DNA from: an uncultured delta proteobacterium
Lineage (GTDB): Bacteria; Myxococcota; Kuafuiibacteriia; Kuafuiibacteriales; Kuafuiibacteriaceae
Length of the DNA stretch: 64,000 bases
Reading direction: 5' to 3'
Assembly (NCBI GenBank): GCA_963803435.1
Contig: CAWDML010000009.1
Location: 960,001 to 1,024,000, forward strand
Both the position numbers and the translations under genes were made by a program. The notes below the pieces were generated by a model. That model made no database searches. It was not told the origin of the DNA and saw only the letters and a program-made list of their open reading frames with translations. Below, piece after piece: positions 39,628-49,874 of the stretch. Position 1 is the stretch's first letter. Every line of letters begins with the position of its first letter.

Positions 39628-41814
39628 GTGAAAAACGGGGCGCTCCCCTCTTGCTCCCTCGCGGCGCTGGTCGCAGCGGCGCTTCTCTCGGCCCCGACCA
39701 CGGTCGCTGCGGCCGAGTTCGACACGCACACCGGTGAGGTGCGGCTCGACGGGTCGGCGGTCTCGTTCGGCTTCGAGCGCGGCCAGCCGACCTCGGCCCT
39801 CGGGCTGTTCGATCGCCGCGGCAACGCGGTGGCGCCCGAGGCGCTCGACGCCGCGCTCGTCGACACGGCAATCGAGGGCGGCACCGGGCTCGCCGTAGGC
39901 AACGCCGCGTTCCTGGCGCGGGTGGATCTGACCCTGCTCGGCGCGACGGACCGTCTTCACGGCCGGCGCGTCGAGATCAAGTACTGGAGCCGGGCGGCCG
40001 GCAGCCGGGTGGTGGCGCACGTCATCTGGACGGCCGACGGCCAGAACGCCCTCGCAGAGCTCCCCTTTCAGCTGAGCGGTCGGGCGACCGATGACGGGTG
40101 GGTGGAGTGGACGAGCGGCCCGTTCGACTATTCGATGGGCGGTCTGGTCAATCCGAGCTCGCTCCTCTTCTACTCGAATCAAGGTGGGTTCGGCGGCGGC
40201 GGCGGCATGTCTACGGTCGCTGCGCCGTTCGGCGTGATCGACGCGCTCTCCCTCGACGACCTGGGCGCGGCCGCGGTCCCCAGCGCGCGCTGCAACCTCG
40301 CCACCGAGGCGTCGACCTGCGGCACGGCCGGTGCGTGCTATCTCGGGCGCTGCACCGACGCCTCCGTCGCCCTGGGGCCGATGTTCCAGAACCCGTCCCT
40401 GCGCGCGGACTACCTGGCGCGGCGCACCTACGAGTACAACCACCTGGAGGGCGGCCGCGTCCCCGAGGGCCGGGCGGCCGAGCTCGAGAGCCGTCTGGGC
40501 GCGCTCGCCGACGAGACCTCGGTGATCCGGTATCGGACCCAGTACTGGCAGGCGCTCCAAATCCTGGAGGACGGGCACGCGAGCCCTCCCATCTCCCGCG
40601 ACGGGGGGTCTCGCGCCACCGGGATCTGCGTTCACCTCGGCGTCGCCGATCTACTCCCGGGCGCCGCCACCACGCCGCTGGTCTTCGCGGTCTCCAACAC
40701 CAGCTCCATCGCGGCGCGGGTCCGACCTGGCGATGCTTTGGTGGCGATCGACGGGATGCCCGTCGACGAGTGGGCGCAGGCGGCCGGACGCTACGTCGCG
40801 TTCTATGGCGATCAGCGGGCGCGGGCGGTGGACTCGGCGCCCGATCTGATGGTCGCGGCGGCTGCGGTCGGATCGGTGGTCTCGTTCGACCGGCCGACCT
40901 GTCGGACCGCCACCACCACGCCGGTCGCGGCGTGCGCACCCTCGGAGATCGAGCGGATCGACATCGATCTGGGCGAGGCCGAGGCGGGCGCCTGGAGCGG
41001 GCCGCTGCCGCCCTGGCTCGACGATCCGATCTTCTGCGACTACCGCTTCCATCGCGCGTTCCCCGGGCCCGACGGCACCGCATACGAGTTCGCGGGCAGC
41101 GTCGATCGGGATGGTGTGCGGACGCTCCAGATCAACGGTGTCCCCAGCGCCGCGGGTCAGGCTGGACAGGCGTGGTCGGACGCGATCGACGCCGCCTTCA
41201 CCAGCGCGCCGCCGCGGCTGATCCTCGATCAGCGCACCGGCTTCGGCGGCGGCATCGACGCCGTCGATCATCTGGCCGGATACATGGTTGGACCCCCGGA
41301 CTTCGATCGGATGGAGCTCTGCCCGCGCACGGCCCAGCCCGTGGACGAGCCGCTGCTCGGCTCGCTCTCCAGCTGCCAGGCCGGAGGCGCGCTCGGGTTG
41401 AGCTTCAACGGCTGCGGCGAGTACATCGAGTGGGTCCTCGGTTCGGGACGGCAGAACGCCGTCGCTCGCACCAGCAGCGTCGCGGTTCTCGTCGGCTATG
41501 ACGTCTCGGGGAATGACTTCCTCACCAAGCTCTTGACCTACCGGAAGGCCGGGGGTCTCCGGATCTTCGGCGGCGCACCCACCGCCGGCGCCTTCGGCGT
41601 GATCTGGTCGCTGCCGGCCGTCAGCCACGAGCTGTCGGGCGGCTCGCTGCAGGTTCAGGACTCCATCTTCCGCGACAGCCGCGGCGACCAGAACCTCGAC
41701 TTCCAGACGGCCCACGGGGTGCCGCCCGACGAGGTCGTTCTCCAGCTCCAGAGCGACGCCCTTCGCGACGTGGACACCGTCTACGAAGCCGCGCTGTCCT
41801 GGCTGAAAAGGTGA
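39628..41814 (+). CDS. Secreted S41-peptidase-like protein with PDZ-like domain
   Basis: Signal peptide; L.DGH, VRPGD.LVAIDG (PDZ), LILDQR.G.GG, VSGNDF, G.PTAGA, GVPPD.VV. Confidence 0.7.
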   Translation: MKNGALPSCSLAALVAAALLSAPTTVAAAEFDTHTGEVRLDGSAVSFGFERGQPTSALGLFDRRGNAVAPEALDAALVDTAIEGGTGLAVGNAAFLARVDLTLLGATDRLHGRRVEIKYWSRAAGSRVVAHVIWTADGQNALAELPFQLSGRATDDGWVEWTSGPFDYSMGGLVNPSSLLFYSNQGGFGGGGGMSTVAAPFGVIDALSLDDLGAAAVPSARCNLATEASTCGTAGACYLGRCTDASVALGPMFQNPSLRADYLARRTYEYNHLEGGRVPEGRAAELESRLGALADETSVIRYRTQYWQALQILEDGHASPPISRDGGSRATGICVHLGVADLLPGAATTPLVFAVSNTSSIAARVRPGDALVAIDGMPVDEWAQAAGRYVAFYGDQRARAVDSAPDLMVAAAAVGSVVSFDRPTCRTATTTPVAACAPSEIERIDIDLGEAEAGAWSGPLPPWLDDPIFCDYRFHRAFPGPDGTAYEFAGSVDRDGVRTLQINGVPSAAGQAGQAWSDAIDAAFTSAPPRLILDQRTGFGGGIDAVDHLAGYMVGPPDFDRMELCPRTAQPVDEPLLGSLSSCQAGGALGLSFNGCGEYIEWVLGSGRQNAVARTSSVAVLVGYDVSGNDFLTKLLTYRKAGGLRIFGGAPTAGAFGVIWSLPAVSHELSGGSLQVQDSIFRDSRGDQNLDFQTAHGVPPDEVVLQLQSDALRDVDTVYEAALSWLKR

Positions 41815-42698
41815 GGCCCACGATGATCAAGCGCGCACTCCTCGTCCTTCCGCTCGCGCTGGCCGCCTGGTCGTGCTCGAAGAGCACCGAAGGTCTCGAC
41901 GACGCCGGAACGATGCCGCCCGACGGTGGCACGATCGTGAAGCCCGACGCTGGCTCCGTGGCCGACGCCGGAGCCGAGCCGGAAGCGGCCCGGCATCTGA
42001 TCCAGCTCGACCTCTTCGGTTCGATGCCGCTCGACAACGCGGTTGTCGATCCGCAGCTCGATCCGAGCTCGCAGAGCTGGCTCGCGGTCGGCGATCTTCA
42101 GGGCCAGGGCCGCTTCGTGCGGGCGCAGTTCCGAGAGCTCGCGCGCACGCCGGCGGGCCTGCCGGCGCTCCTCCTGCCGGCGCGCGACATGGACCCGCCG
42201 GACACGGTCCTGCTCGGATCCGTGAGCGCGGCCGGCGCCCCGCTCACGGCGTCGGTCTGGATCGGCCGCGCCTCGGAAGACTCGGCGGCGCTCACCGAAG
42301 CGCACCCGTTCCTGATCGCCACGCTCGCCGACGACGGCGTGGAGCAAGCGTTCGATCTGGTCCCGGACACCGGCACCGCCACCGTCAGCCTCGACGGCCT
42401 CGGCTGGCAGAAGTACTCCGCCACGGTGACGGAGACGTCCGTCGGCATCCTCACCTTCGCGGTGGACGATCGGGTGCACCTCCCGTTGTACGTGCATGCG
42501 CCGGTGGTCCTCTCCCGCATCCCGCTCCGGCTGGCCGCACCGATCGCCCGCGCGCGCCTCCTGACCGCACGCGAGCGGCAGGCCGCGAAGATGATCGCCG
42601 ACTGGCGCAGGCGCCGGCTGGGCGAAGCCAAGGAAAAGGTCGAACCGGTCCTCTCGCCCGCGGTGATGAAGGCCGTCCTGAGCCCCGCGAAGCGCTGA
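41811..42698 (+). CDS. Putative lipoprotein
   Basis: AAWSC lipobox, PDAG-type linker, coupled to the upstream gene. Confidence 0.65.
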   Translation: MRPTMIKRALLVLPLALAAWSCSKSTEGLDDAGTMPPDGGTIVKPDAGSVADAGAEPEAARHLIQLDLFGSMPLDNAVVDPQLDPSSQSWLAVGDLQGQGRFVRAQFRELARTPAGLPALLLPARDMDPPDTVLLGSVSAAGAPLTASVWIGRASEDSAALTEAHPFLIATLADDGVEQAFDLVPDTGTATVSLDGLGWQKYSATVTETSVGILTFAVDDRVHLPLYVHAPVVLSRIPLRLAAPIARARLLTARERQAAKMIADWRRRRLGEAKEKVEPVLSPAVMKAVLSPAKR

Positions 42699-42711
42699 CC
42701 CGAACGCCTCC

Positions 42712-43932
42712 ATGGACGTCGGGATCGTGGGGTGCGGATTCGCAGGCGCGGCGGCGACGCTGTTCCTGACGCGCGCCGGGCACCGAGTGACCACGTATGA
42801 GGCCGTGCCCGAGCCTGGGGCGGTGGGCGCGGGCATCATCCTTCAGCCGACCGGCATGCTGGTGCTCGCAGAGCTCGGGTTGCTCCCGGCCGTGCTCGGG
42901 CACGGCGCGCCCATCGATCGTCTCCTCTGTCTCACCGGCCGACGCCGCTCGCTGGTCGACCTCAGCTACGCCAGCCTCGCCGAGGGTCTGTTCGGTCTCG
43001 GCCTCCACCGGGGCGCGCTCTTCTCCATCCTCTACGGAGCGGTTCGCGCGTCGTCCGCCGAGGTGGTCCTCGACTGTCTCGTCAATCGCATCGAGCGCAA
43101 AGGTGGGCGGACGATCCTGGTCGACGCCAAGGGCGGCGAGCACGGCCCGCACAATCTCGTGGTCGTCGCCGACGGCGCGCGCTCGCGGCTCAGACGCTTC
43201 TCCCGCGCGAAGGTTCGGGAGTATCCCTGGGGCGCCCTCTGGTTCGTGGCCCGCGATCCGGATCGGATCTACGGGCGCACGCTCTTTCAGGTGGTCCGCA
43301 GCACCCGGCAGCTCCTCGGGTTTCTGCCCACCGGACGGGGGCCCAACACGGACGACGGTCACCTGGTGAGCCTCTTCTGGAGCGTCCGCGGCGACCGGGT
43401 GGAGGCCTGGCGGAGCGGCTTCGACGCCTGGCGCACGCACGTCGTCGGCGAGGACGAGCGATCCGCGTTCATCCTCGATCAGATCGCCGGACCCTCCGAT
43501 CTCCTCTTCTCCCGGTATCACGACGTCGTCATGTACCCGTGGCACGCCGGAAATCTGGTGTTCATCGGCGACGCCGCCCACGCGACCAGCCCGCAGCTCG
43601 GCCAGGGGACGAACCTGGCGCTCTGCGACGCGATGGCGCTCGCCGGTGCGCTCGCGGGCGACGGCGAGCTCGACGTGAAGCTGTGGAGGTACTCCCGCGA
43701 GCGTCGGGCGCACGTCACCTACTACCAGCTCGCGTCTCGATGGCTCACACCGTTCTTTCAGTCGGACCACACCGCGCTGGGTGCGCTCCGCGATCTCCTC
43801 ATGCCGGTGGCGGCGCGGTTGCCGTTCGTGAACGGTGCGATGGTGCGTTCGATGGCCGGGGTGAAGCGCGGCCTGGTGCGCCGGTCGCTCGCCATCGCCC
43901 CCTATCAGCGGCTGCTCGCCGCCGCATCGTGA
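42712..43932 (+). CDS. FAD-dependent monooxygenase
   Basis: GCGFAG, VADGARS, IGDAAH..SPQLGQG.NLAL.D. Confidence 0.92.
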   Translation: MDVGIVGCGFAGAAATLFLTRAGHRVTTYEAVPEPGAVGAGIILQPTGMLVLAELGLLPAVLGHGAPIDRLLCLTGRRRSLVDLSYASLAEGLFGLGLHRGALFSILYGAVRASSAEVVLDCLVNRIERKGGRTILVDAKGGEHGPHNLVVVADGARSRLRRFSRAKVREYPWGALWFVARDPDRIYGRTLFQVVRSTRQLLGFLPTGRGPNTDDGHLVSLFWSVRGDRVEAWRSGFDAWRTHVVGEDERSAFILDQIAGPSDLLFSRYHDVVMYPWHAGNLVFIGDAAHATSPQLGQGTNLALCDAMALAGALAGDGELDVKLWRYSRERRAHVTYYQLASRWLTPFFQSDHTALGALRDLLMPVAARLPFVNGAMVRSMAGVKRGLVRRSLAIAPYQRLLAAAS

Positions 43933-43935
43933 CGG

Positions 43936-46815
43936 CTACGGGACGGCCACCAGCGCGCCGCCCAGGATCAGATAGGAGGGCTGCACCTCGGCCTGCGGGT
44001 TGCCGAGCCCGAGGCGGATGCCGGCCGGGAGGACGCCGCCGGCCAGGCTCGACAGATCGAGCGTCGGGATCGGCACGCCCTGGATCCCCTCGCTGAACAG
44101 CTCGGGGATGAGCTGCGCGAACAGCGTCTCCAGCTCGGAGACCAGCTGCGGGAGATCGATGGTGTCGTCGATCGGGGTGGCGAAGTCGAGGACGACCCGC
44201 GGCCCCGGCGCCACCTCGAACTCGATCTCGCCGGCCGCGTTGACGAAGACGCGGGCCTCGGCGACGGCGCTCGCATAGATGGTGGCAGCGATCGGCGGGA
44301 AGCCGGCGACGCCGCTCAGATCCAAGGCCAGCTCGAAGTCGCCGAGCGCGAGCTGGAGCGGGTAGGCCGCGTTCCCGCTCGGCGACAGGACCAGCGGCAG
44401 CAGCGCGTCGGCGCTGGCGGTGACGCCCATGATCTGTCCGTTGCCGACGAAGTCGGCCAGGTCGATGCTCAGACCGCCACCGTACCAGACCGAATAGAGG
44501 GCCTGGTTGAGCAGGTCGTACGCCAGCCCCACCACCAGATCGCCGCGTCCGGCCAGCCCGGCCGCCGTGACGCTCTCCTGTAGGATCCCGCCGAGCGGCT
44601 CGGGGTTCAGGACGCCCGAGGTGTAGATCGTGGTGTCGAACCCGAGGTTGCCACCGCCGGGGGCGAAGGCCAGGGAGCCGAGGTGCGTGTTGATGCCGAG
44701 GCTCACCGAGATCGGCGCCGGGATCTGCACGGAGGTGCCGAAGCTCAGCGAGGACAGGAAGTCGTCCACGAGCGGAGGAACCTGATCACGGATGACGTTC
44801 GCGAAGGCGGTCTCGATGCGACTGCTGATGGCGCCGGAGAAAAGCGAAATGATCCCGTCCACCGCCCAGTCGATCACGGACGGTAGGTTGAGGTTGATGT
44901 TGAAGCCGCTGAGTGTGACCGAGGGTGTCGGCATCGTCACGACGACGCCGCCGCTCTGCGTGATCACCTGGAGATCGCCCTGGATGACCGCCCGCTGTGC
45001 CGAAGCCGTCCCGGAGACTCCGACGCCGATGTCGCAGACGTCGCCGGTGGTGTGCATGTTCACCGAGAGGTTCGGGATCTCCACGCGCAGGTGAAGACCG
45101 CCGTTGATCGCGGTGATGTCGATGATCGGGGTGCCGAAGTTGACGCTGTCGACGTGGAGCTGGAGGGCGCCCGTGATGCTGACGAACGGGATCGAGCAGT
45201 CCGAGTTGTACGTGGTCACCGGGTTCGGGATCAGCGACCGGATGTCGGCCTGCTGGATCGCCAGCCGAGCGATGGTGGCCAGGTCGTCGACGTCGGGGGC
45301 GTTGTCGTCGAGCGCGGCCTGTCCGAGCCGCACCATCAGGCCGTTGGTGATCCGTCCCGTGGTGATGCGCGTATCCCGCGCGCGGCGGTAGTTGGACGCC
45401 AGCTCGAACGACTGGGCGAACATGCGCTCGTTGCCGGCCTCATCGATGGCGAGCCCTTCGAAGAGGTTGATGCCCCACCGTCCGATGATCGTGGTGCTGA
45501 AGCTCCCGTCCGCGGCCACGGCGACCGGCGTACCCTCGATGGTCAGCGTCGCCACGCTGCTGGTGGGGTCGGTGGCGTGGCCGCTGATCGTGATGGCCTG
45601 GCCGGGCGTGCTCTGAAGGATGGCGCCGCGGGCCGGCGTGTCGATGACGACCACCGGCGTGTCGCCGTCCACCCGGAGGGTCACGCAATCCTCAATCCCG
45701 GGCGCGGACGTCACCCGCGCGATCAGCTCGACGTCGCCGTTGCCGGTGAGCGTGACCCGATGGACACCCGCCGGCTGCGAGGCGTCCGCCGGTGCGCTCT
45801 CGAGCGTCCACTCGGAGGCGGTGTCGTTGCCGTAGGCGTCCGAGACCTGCGCGGTCAGCTCCACCACCGCGCCCCGAGGGTAGACGGGGAGCGCCGGGTC
45901 CACGGTCAGGATCGCGATGCGCGCGGGCGGGCCCGCCTCGACGGTGACCGTGACGGGCTCCGAGACCAGACCGGCGTCGGCGAGCGCGCAGGTGACCTCA
46001 TACGCGCCGACGACGGTGGGCGTGAAGCTGGAGGCGTCTCGGCTCGTGGGCGCAGGCGTGACGTCGAAGGTCGCCGGAACGACGGAGATGGCGTTGCCGG
46101 CGGCGTCCGTGAGCTCGCACGTCACGTTCACCTGGGTCCCGGCGGACGCGACCAGCGGGTTCACGCGGGCCGAGAGTCGATCCGGCTCCCCGGGCGTCAC
46201 GGTGAGCGTGGCGGGCACGCGCTCGAGCTCGGGCGAGACGGCGCAGGTGATCGCATACTCGCCGGCGAGCCGGCCCGCGATCGCGAGCTGGTCGATCGCC
46301 ACACCGTCGGCGGGTGAGGCTTCGATCTGGGCGGCTGCGTCGACCGCGTTGCCATACTGATCCTCGAACCGGCAGCTGGCCGTGCTTCGCTCACCTGAGC
46401 GGATCGTGCTCGGCTCCACCGTCGCGATCGATCGCGCGGCCGCGGCGGGCCGGACCTCGAGCTCGGCAGGGGTCGCGGTTGCGTTGGCCAGCTCGCACTG
46501 CACCTGGTAGCGCCCGGCGCGGTTCGAGGAGACGCGCGCGCCCTCGAGCGTTGCCCCGTCCGGCGTCACCGTGATCGTGACGTCCGGCGGCGCGACCTCG
46601 GCGGTGGTGCCGTCGTCGAAGGTCACCTTGCAGGTCACATCGACGCTCTGTCCCGCGACGACGCTCGCTGCCGACAGCTGGGTCTCGACGCGGACGGCGC
46701 CGTGCTCCTTGAACAGACAGACCGACGAGCCGCATGCGCCCGGATCCTCGCTGCAGCCGGCGGCGATCGAGAGAAAGAAGAAAAGGAGAGAGAGCCGAGT
46801 CCCGGCCTTGCCCAT
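43936..46815 (-). CDS. Large lipoprotein with tandem Ig-like domains and a possible LBP/BPI (TULIP)-like C-terminal region
   Basis: AAGC lipobox; repeated D.YGN / G.Y.V.C beta-rich modules; ~450-aa beta-rich C-terminus. Confidence 0.7.
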   Translation of the reverse strand: MGKAGTRLSLLFFFLSIAAGCSEDPGACGSSVCLFKEHGAVRVETQLSAASVVAGQSVDVTCKVTFDDGTTAEVAPPDVTITVTPDGATLEGARVSSNRAGRYQVQCELANATATPAELEVRPAAAARSIATVEPSTIRSGERSTASCRFEDQYGNAVDAAAQIEASPADGVAIDQLAIAGRLAGEYAITCAVSPELERVPATLTVTPGEPDRLSARVNPLVASAGTQVNVTCELTDAAGNAISVVPATFDVTPAPTSRDASSFTPTVVGAYEVTCALADAGLVSEPVTVTVEAGPPARIAILTVDPALPVYPRGAVVELTAQVSDAYGNDTASEWTLESAPADASQPAGVHRVTLTGNGDVELIARVTSAPGIEDCVTLRVDGDTPVVVIDTPARGAILQSTPGQAITISGHATDPTSSVATLTIEGTPVAVAADGSFSTTIIGRWGINLFEGLAIDEAGNERMFAQSFELASNYRRARDTRITTGRITNGLMVRLGQAALDDNAPDVDDLATIARLAIQQADIRSLIPNPVTTYNSDCSIPFVSITGALQLHVDSVNFGTPIIDITAINGGLHLRVEIPNLSVNMHTTGDVCDIGVGVSGTASAQRAVIQGDLQVITQSGGVVVTMPTPSVTLSGFNINLNLPSVIDWAVDGIISLFSGAISSRIETAFANVIRDQVPPLVDDFLSSLSFGTSVQIPAPISVSLGINTHLGSLAFAPGGGNLGFDTTIYTSGVLNPEPLGGILQESVTAAGLAGRGDLVVGLAYDLLNQALYSVWYGGGLSIDLADFVGNGQIMGVTASADALLPLVLSPSGNAAYPLQLALGDFELALDLSGVAGFPPIAATIYASAVAEARVFVNAAGEIEFEVAPGPRVVLDFATPIDDTIDLPQLVSELETLFAQLIPELFSEGIQGVPIPTLDLSSLAGGVLPAGIRLGLGNPQAEVQPSYLILGGALVAVP

Positions 46816-47005
46816 CGTGCGATTGTAGCCACTCCCGGATCGCGCGTGTTTCGGACGATCAACGGCCTGTGAACCGCAAAACCACATCGGAGCTACACAT
46901 ACAATGGGCATGCCGCACGCAACGGACGGGGAGGGCGGTGCCGGAGAGCAGCCGGCTTCCCGACATGGGAACGTCCGAGCTCGGGATGTGCGCGCTCACG
47001 GCGCG

Positions 47006-48157
47006 TCATCCGCCGCGCAGCCGCTCGAGCGAGCGGTGGAACCAGAGCGCGGATCGCTCGAGATCGCCGAAGAGCTGGGACGCGTTCGCCCGGCTCTCGA
47101 GGCCGCGCTGCATCGCCTCCACCACGAAGAGATCCTCGCGGGCGAACACGCCCCCGTCGATCAGCTCGAAGCTCTTGTCCCAGTGGGCCCTCGCCTTCTC
47201 GGTCTGGGGCGCCTCCGGGATCAGCATGGTGTGCACGAAGCGGGTGCGATCGACGCCCAGTGGGTGCGAGACCGCGACGCTCAGATAGTCGGGGTGGAGG
47301 ATCAGGATGGTGTTGGGGAAGAAGAGGTAGCTCGGAGTGGCCACGCTCCGCAGATCCTCGATCGCCTCGGATCTCTCCCGCGCCGCCACGATCGCCCGGC
47401 GCGCGACCAGCGAGCGGATGTGTTGACCGGCGGGCTCGGAGTCGAGACAGGCGTCGAGGAAGAACTCGTACACGCTCCGGCGGTGGAGGTGCCGGACGTG
47501 GTAGCCGTCGAGGAACGCCTCGATGATGAGCTTCCAGTTCCCCGCCACGACGCGCTCCACGCGGCGGTACGGATGGAGATGGTCCGCGTCGATGGCCTCG
47601 AGGTCGCGCTCGATGGGGGCGAGGAAGGCGGGATCGATCGGCTCGAGCGCCGCGAAGACGAACCCGTGCGCCGTGGTGGTCGGGACCTCGACCAGGTTGG
47701 ATCGCTCGGCGTCCCGGCCGCAGAACGACTCGGCGTGCCGAGCGAAGAGGAGCCGTCCCGAGAGATCGTAGGTCCAGCCGTGGTACGGACAGACGATCGC
47801 CTTGTGGACGCACGGCGGCCCCGTCTGGACCAGCTGGGTCGAGCGGTGGCGGCACACGTTCCGGAAGCCGCGGATCGTTCCGTCCTCTCCCCGCACCAGG
47901 AGGAGCGCGATGCCCGCCACCTCGACCGCGACCTGCGCGCCGGGCGCGTCGAGCTCCTGCGCCATCGCCACCACCTGGGGGAGGCGGCGGAACACACTGT
48001 CGAGCTCGCCCTGGAGATGCTCGCTCGAGGTGTAGTGCGCTCGCGGGATCTCACCGCTCTCCTTTGACGTCTCGACGGCTCCGTCGAGCTGGTGCTGAAG
48101 CGAGCGAAGCAGCGACGCGTGACACGCGGACAGGCTGGCTCTCTGCACGGTGATCAT
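47006..48157 (-). CDS. Rieske non-heme iron oxygenase alpha subunit
   Basis: NVCRHR, CPYHGWTY, NWK...EAFLDGYHV..LH, FPN, EDL. Confidence 0.92.
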   Translation of the reverse strand: MITVQRASLSACHASLLRSLQHQLDGAVETSKESGEIPRAHYTSSEHLQGELDSVFRRLPQVVAMAQELDAPGAQVAVEVAGIALLLVRGEDGTIRGFRNVCRHRSTQLVQTGPPCVHKAIVCPYHGWTYDLSGRLLFARHAESFCGRDAERSNLVEVPTTTAHGFVFAALEPIDPAFLAPIERDLEAIDADHLHPYRRVERVVAGNWKLIIEAFLDGYHVRHLHRRSVYEFFLDACLDSEPAGQHIRSLVARRAIVAARERSEAIEDLRSVATPSYLFFPNTILILHPDYLSVAVSHPLGVDRTRFVHTMLIPEAPQTEKARAHWDKSFELIDGGVFAREDLFVVEAMQRGLESRANASQLFGDLERSALWFHRSLERLRGG

Positions 48158-48180
48158 GGTACCCGGTATTGGAGGTAAAT

Positions 48181-48200
48181 AATCTCGTATGCAAGAGAAT
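48181..48200. promoter_or_regulatory. Possible MarR operator overlapping the marR start
   Basis: Imperfect dyad AATCTC-N8-GAGAAT at the end of the AT-rich 31-bp divergent intergenic region. Confidence 0.35.
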
Positions 48201-48626
48201 CGTATCCGATCCTCCCTCGGATACGCTCTGATCAGGGCGTTTCGTGCGGTGAACCGGGTCACCAACCGCACCGTCCGATCGCTGGGCATGTCCGCGGAAC
48301 AAGCGCACATCTTGATGGTGCTCTGGGTCGAGGGCCCCCTGAAGACCGGGGAGCTTCAGCGGATGGTGGGGCTTTCAAGCGGGACGCTCACCGGCGCGCT
48401 CGACCGGATGGAGAAGGCCGAGCTGGTACACCGTTTGCCCGATCCGGAGGACGGCCGGGCCTGGCGAATCGAGCCGGCGCGGGCGATCGAGCGCAAGCGC
48501 GGCGAGCTCGAGACGAGGCTCGTCGACATGGAGGAGGCCTGCTTCAGGGTGCTGACGGCGAAGGAGCGGCGACAGCTCTTCGAGCTGCTGGAGAAGGTGA
48601 CGGCCTCGCTTCCCGAGGTTCGGTGA
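48189..48626 (+). CDS. MarR-family regulator
   Basis: LT..LDRMEKAELV.R.PDPEDGR; divergent from the oxygenase. Confidence 0.9.
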   Translation: MQENRIRSSLGYALIRAFRAVNRVTNRTVRSLGMSAEQAHILMVLWVEGPLKTGELQRMVGLSSGTLTGALDRMEKAELVHRLPDPEDGRAWRIEPARAIERKRGELETRLVDMEEACFRVLTAKERRQLFELLEKVTASLPEVR

Positions 48627-48629
48627 GGC

Positions 48630-49874
48630 TCAGTTCCACTCTTCTCGTCCCAGCAATCGCAGGAGGAGCGCCCGCGCCGAGGCGAGGTCGTACTCGACGC
48701 GGACGCGCTGCGCCGAAGCGCTGGTGAGCTCGAGCTGTGCGTCGGCGAGCTCGAGCGAGCTGCCGACGCCCTGCGTGTACCGCTCCTCGGCCAGCGCCAG
48801 GAGCTCGCGGGCCGAGGCGAGGGTCTGCTCCGCCGCCTCGAGCTGCGCCTTCGCGGAGTCGACGCCAATCTTCGCCTGCTCCACCTCGACCCGGACCTGC
48901 TGCTCGAGCCCGGTCAGGCGCGCCTCCTCGATCCGGACCTCGGCGTCGGCCGCGTCAATCGCAGCGGAGGTTCCGAGGCCGTCGAAGATGTTCCAGCTCA
49001 GGCCCAGCCCGGCGGAGGCGCTCCAGCCGGGACGTTCGAAATCGTCGCCGAAGAAGCCGGCGCCCACGCCCGCGGTGAGGGAGGGCAGAAACCGGCGCGA
49101 GGCCGCCGAGGCCGACAGCTTGCTCGCATCAATCGAGCGCCGGGCACCGGCGAGGTCGGGCCGCTCTGAAAACGCCAGCTCTGCCAGCGTCTCCACCGGC
49201 TCCGCCTCGGCCACCAGCGGCGACCAGGTCGGCTCGGCCACCTCGTAGTCCACCGTACCGGACCGACCCATCGCCTGGTTGAGCCTCGCCTTGGCGGCAC
49301 GCTCGTCGTTCTCCGCCCGCGCCACCGCCGCGCGTGCGTCGGCGACCTCGGTCTCCAGCCGCGCGAGATCGATCTTCGGGCGCAGGCCGACCTTCACGAA
49401 CTCGGCCACCTCGGCCCGGTGCTTCTCCTGGTTCGCCTGCGTCTCGCGTGCCACGCCCGCGAGCGCCTTGGCTTCGAGCGCGTCGATGAACGCGAGCCGG
49501 ACCCCGGCGACGACGTCGCGCTCGGTGAAGCGCGCGTCGAGCTGGGTGGCGTCGGCGCTCGCCTTGGCCGCGTCCCACTCCTTCCAGCTCCGGCCGAAGT
49601 CGTAGACGAGGATGTTCGCGTCGATCGATCCGGAGTAGGAGCCGCCGGTGTCCCGCGGGGTGCTCGGCGTGTTGCGTGCGGAGAGATCGTAGCGCGACGA
49701 CGCACCGATCTGCGGGAGGAGCGGGGCGCGCGCCTGGCGGGAGCGCGCCTCGGCCAGGTCCGTCTGTCCTTGCGCTACCTTCAGGTCGGGATGATTCGCC
49801 AGCGCCGTCTCTACCGCTTGCTGCATCGTGATGGTCGAGAGCGCCATCGTCATCGGGATCAGGAGCGACATCAC
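48630..49874 (-). CDS. TolC-family outer-membrane efflux protein
   Basis: AL.NHPDL, LLPQ, YDFGR, Y..G...LEL.DAQ repeats. Confidence 0.92.
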   Translation of the reverse strand: MMSLLIPMTMALSTITMQQAVETALANHPDLKVAQGQTDLAEARSRQARAPLLPQIGASSRYDLSARNTPSTPRDTGGSYSGSIDANILVYDFGRSWKEWDAAKASADATQLDARFTERDVVAGVRLAFIDALEAKALAGVARETQANQEKHRAEVAEFVKVGLRPKIDLARLETEVADARAAVARAENDERAAKARLNQAMGRSGTVDYEVAEPTWSPLVAEAEPVETLAELAFSERPDLAGARRSIDASKLSASAASRRFLPSLTAGVGAGFFGDDFERPGWSASAGLGLSWNIFDGLGTSAAIDAADAEVRIEEARLTGLEQQVRVEVEQAKIGVDSAKAQLEAAEQTLASARELLALAEERYTQGVGSSLELADAQLELTSASAQRVRVEYDLASARALLLRLLGREEWN

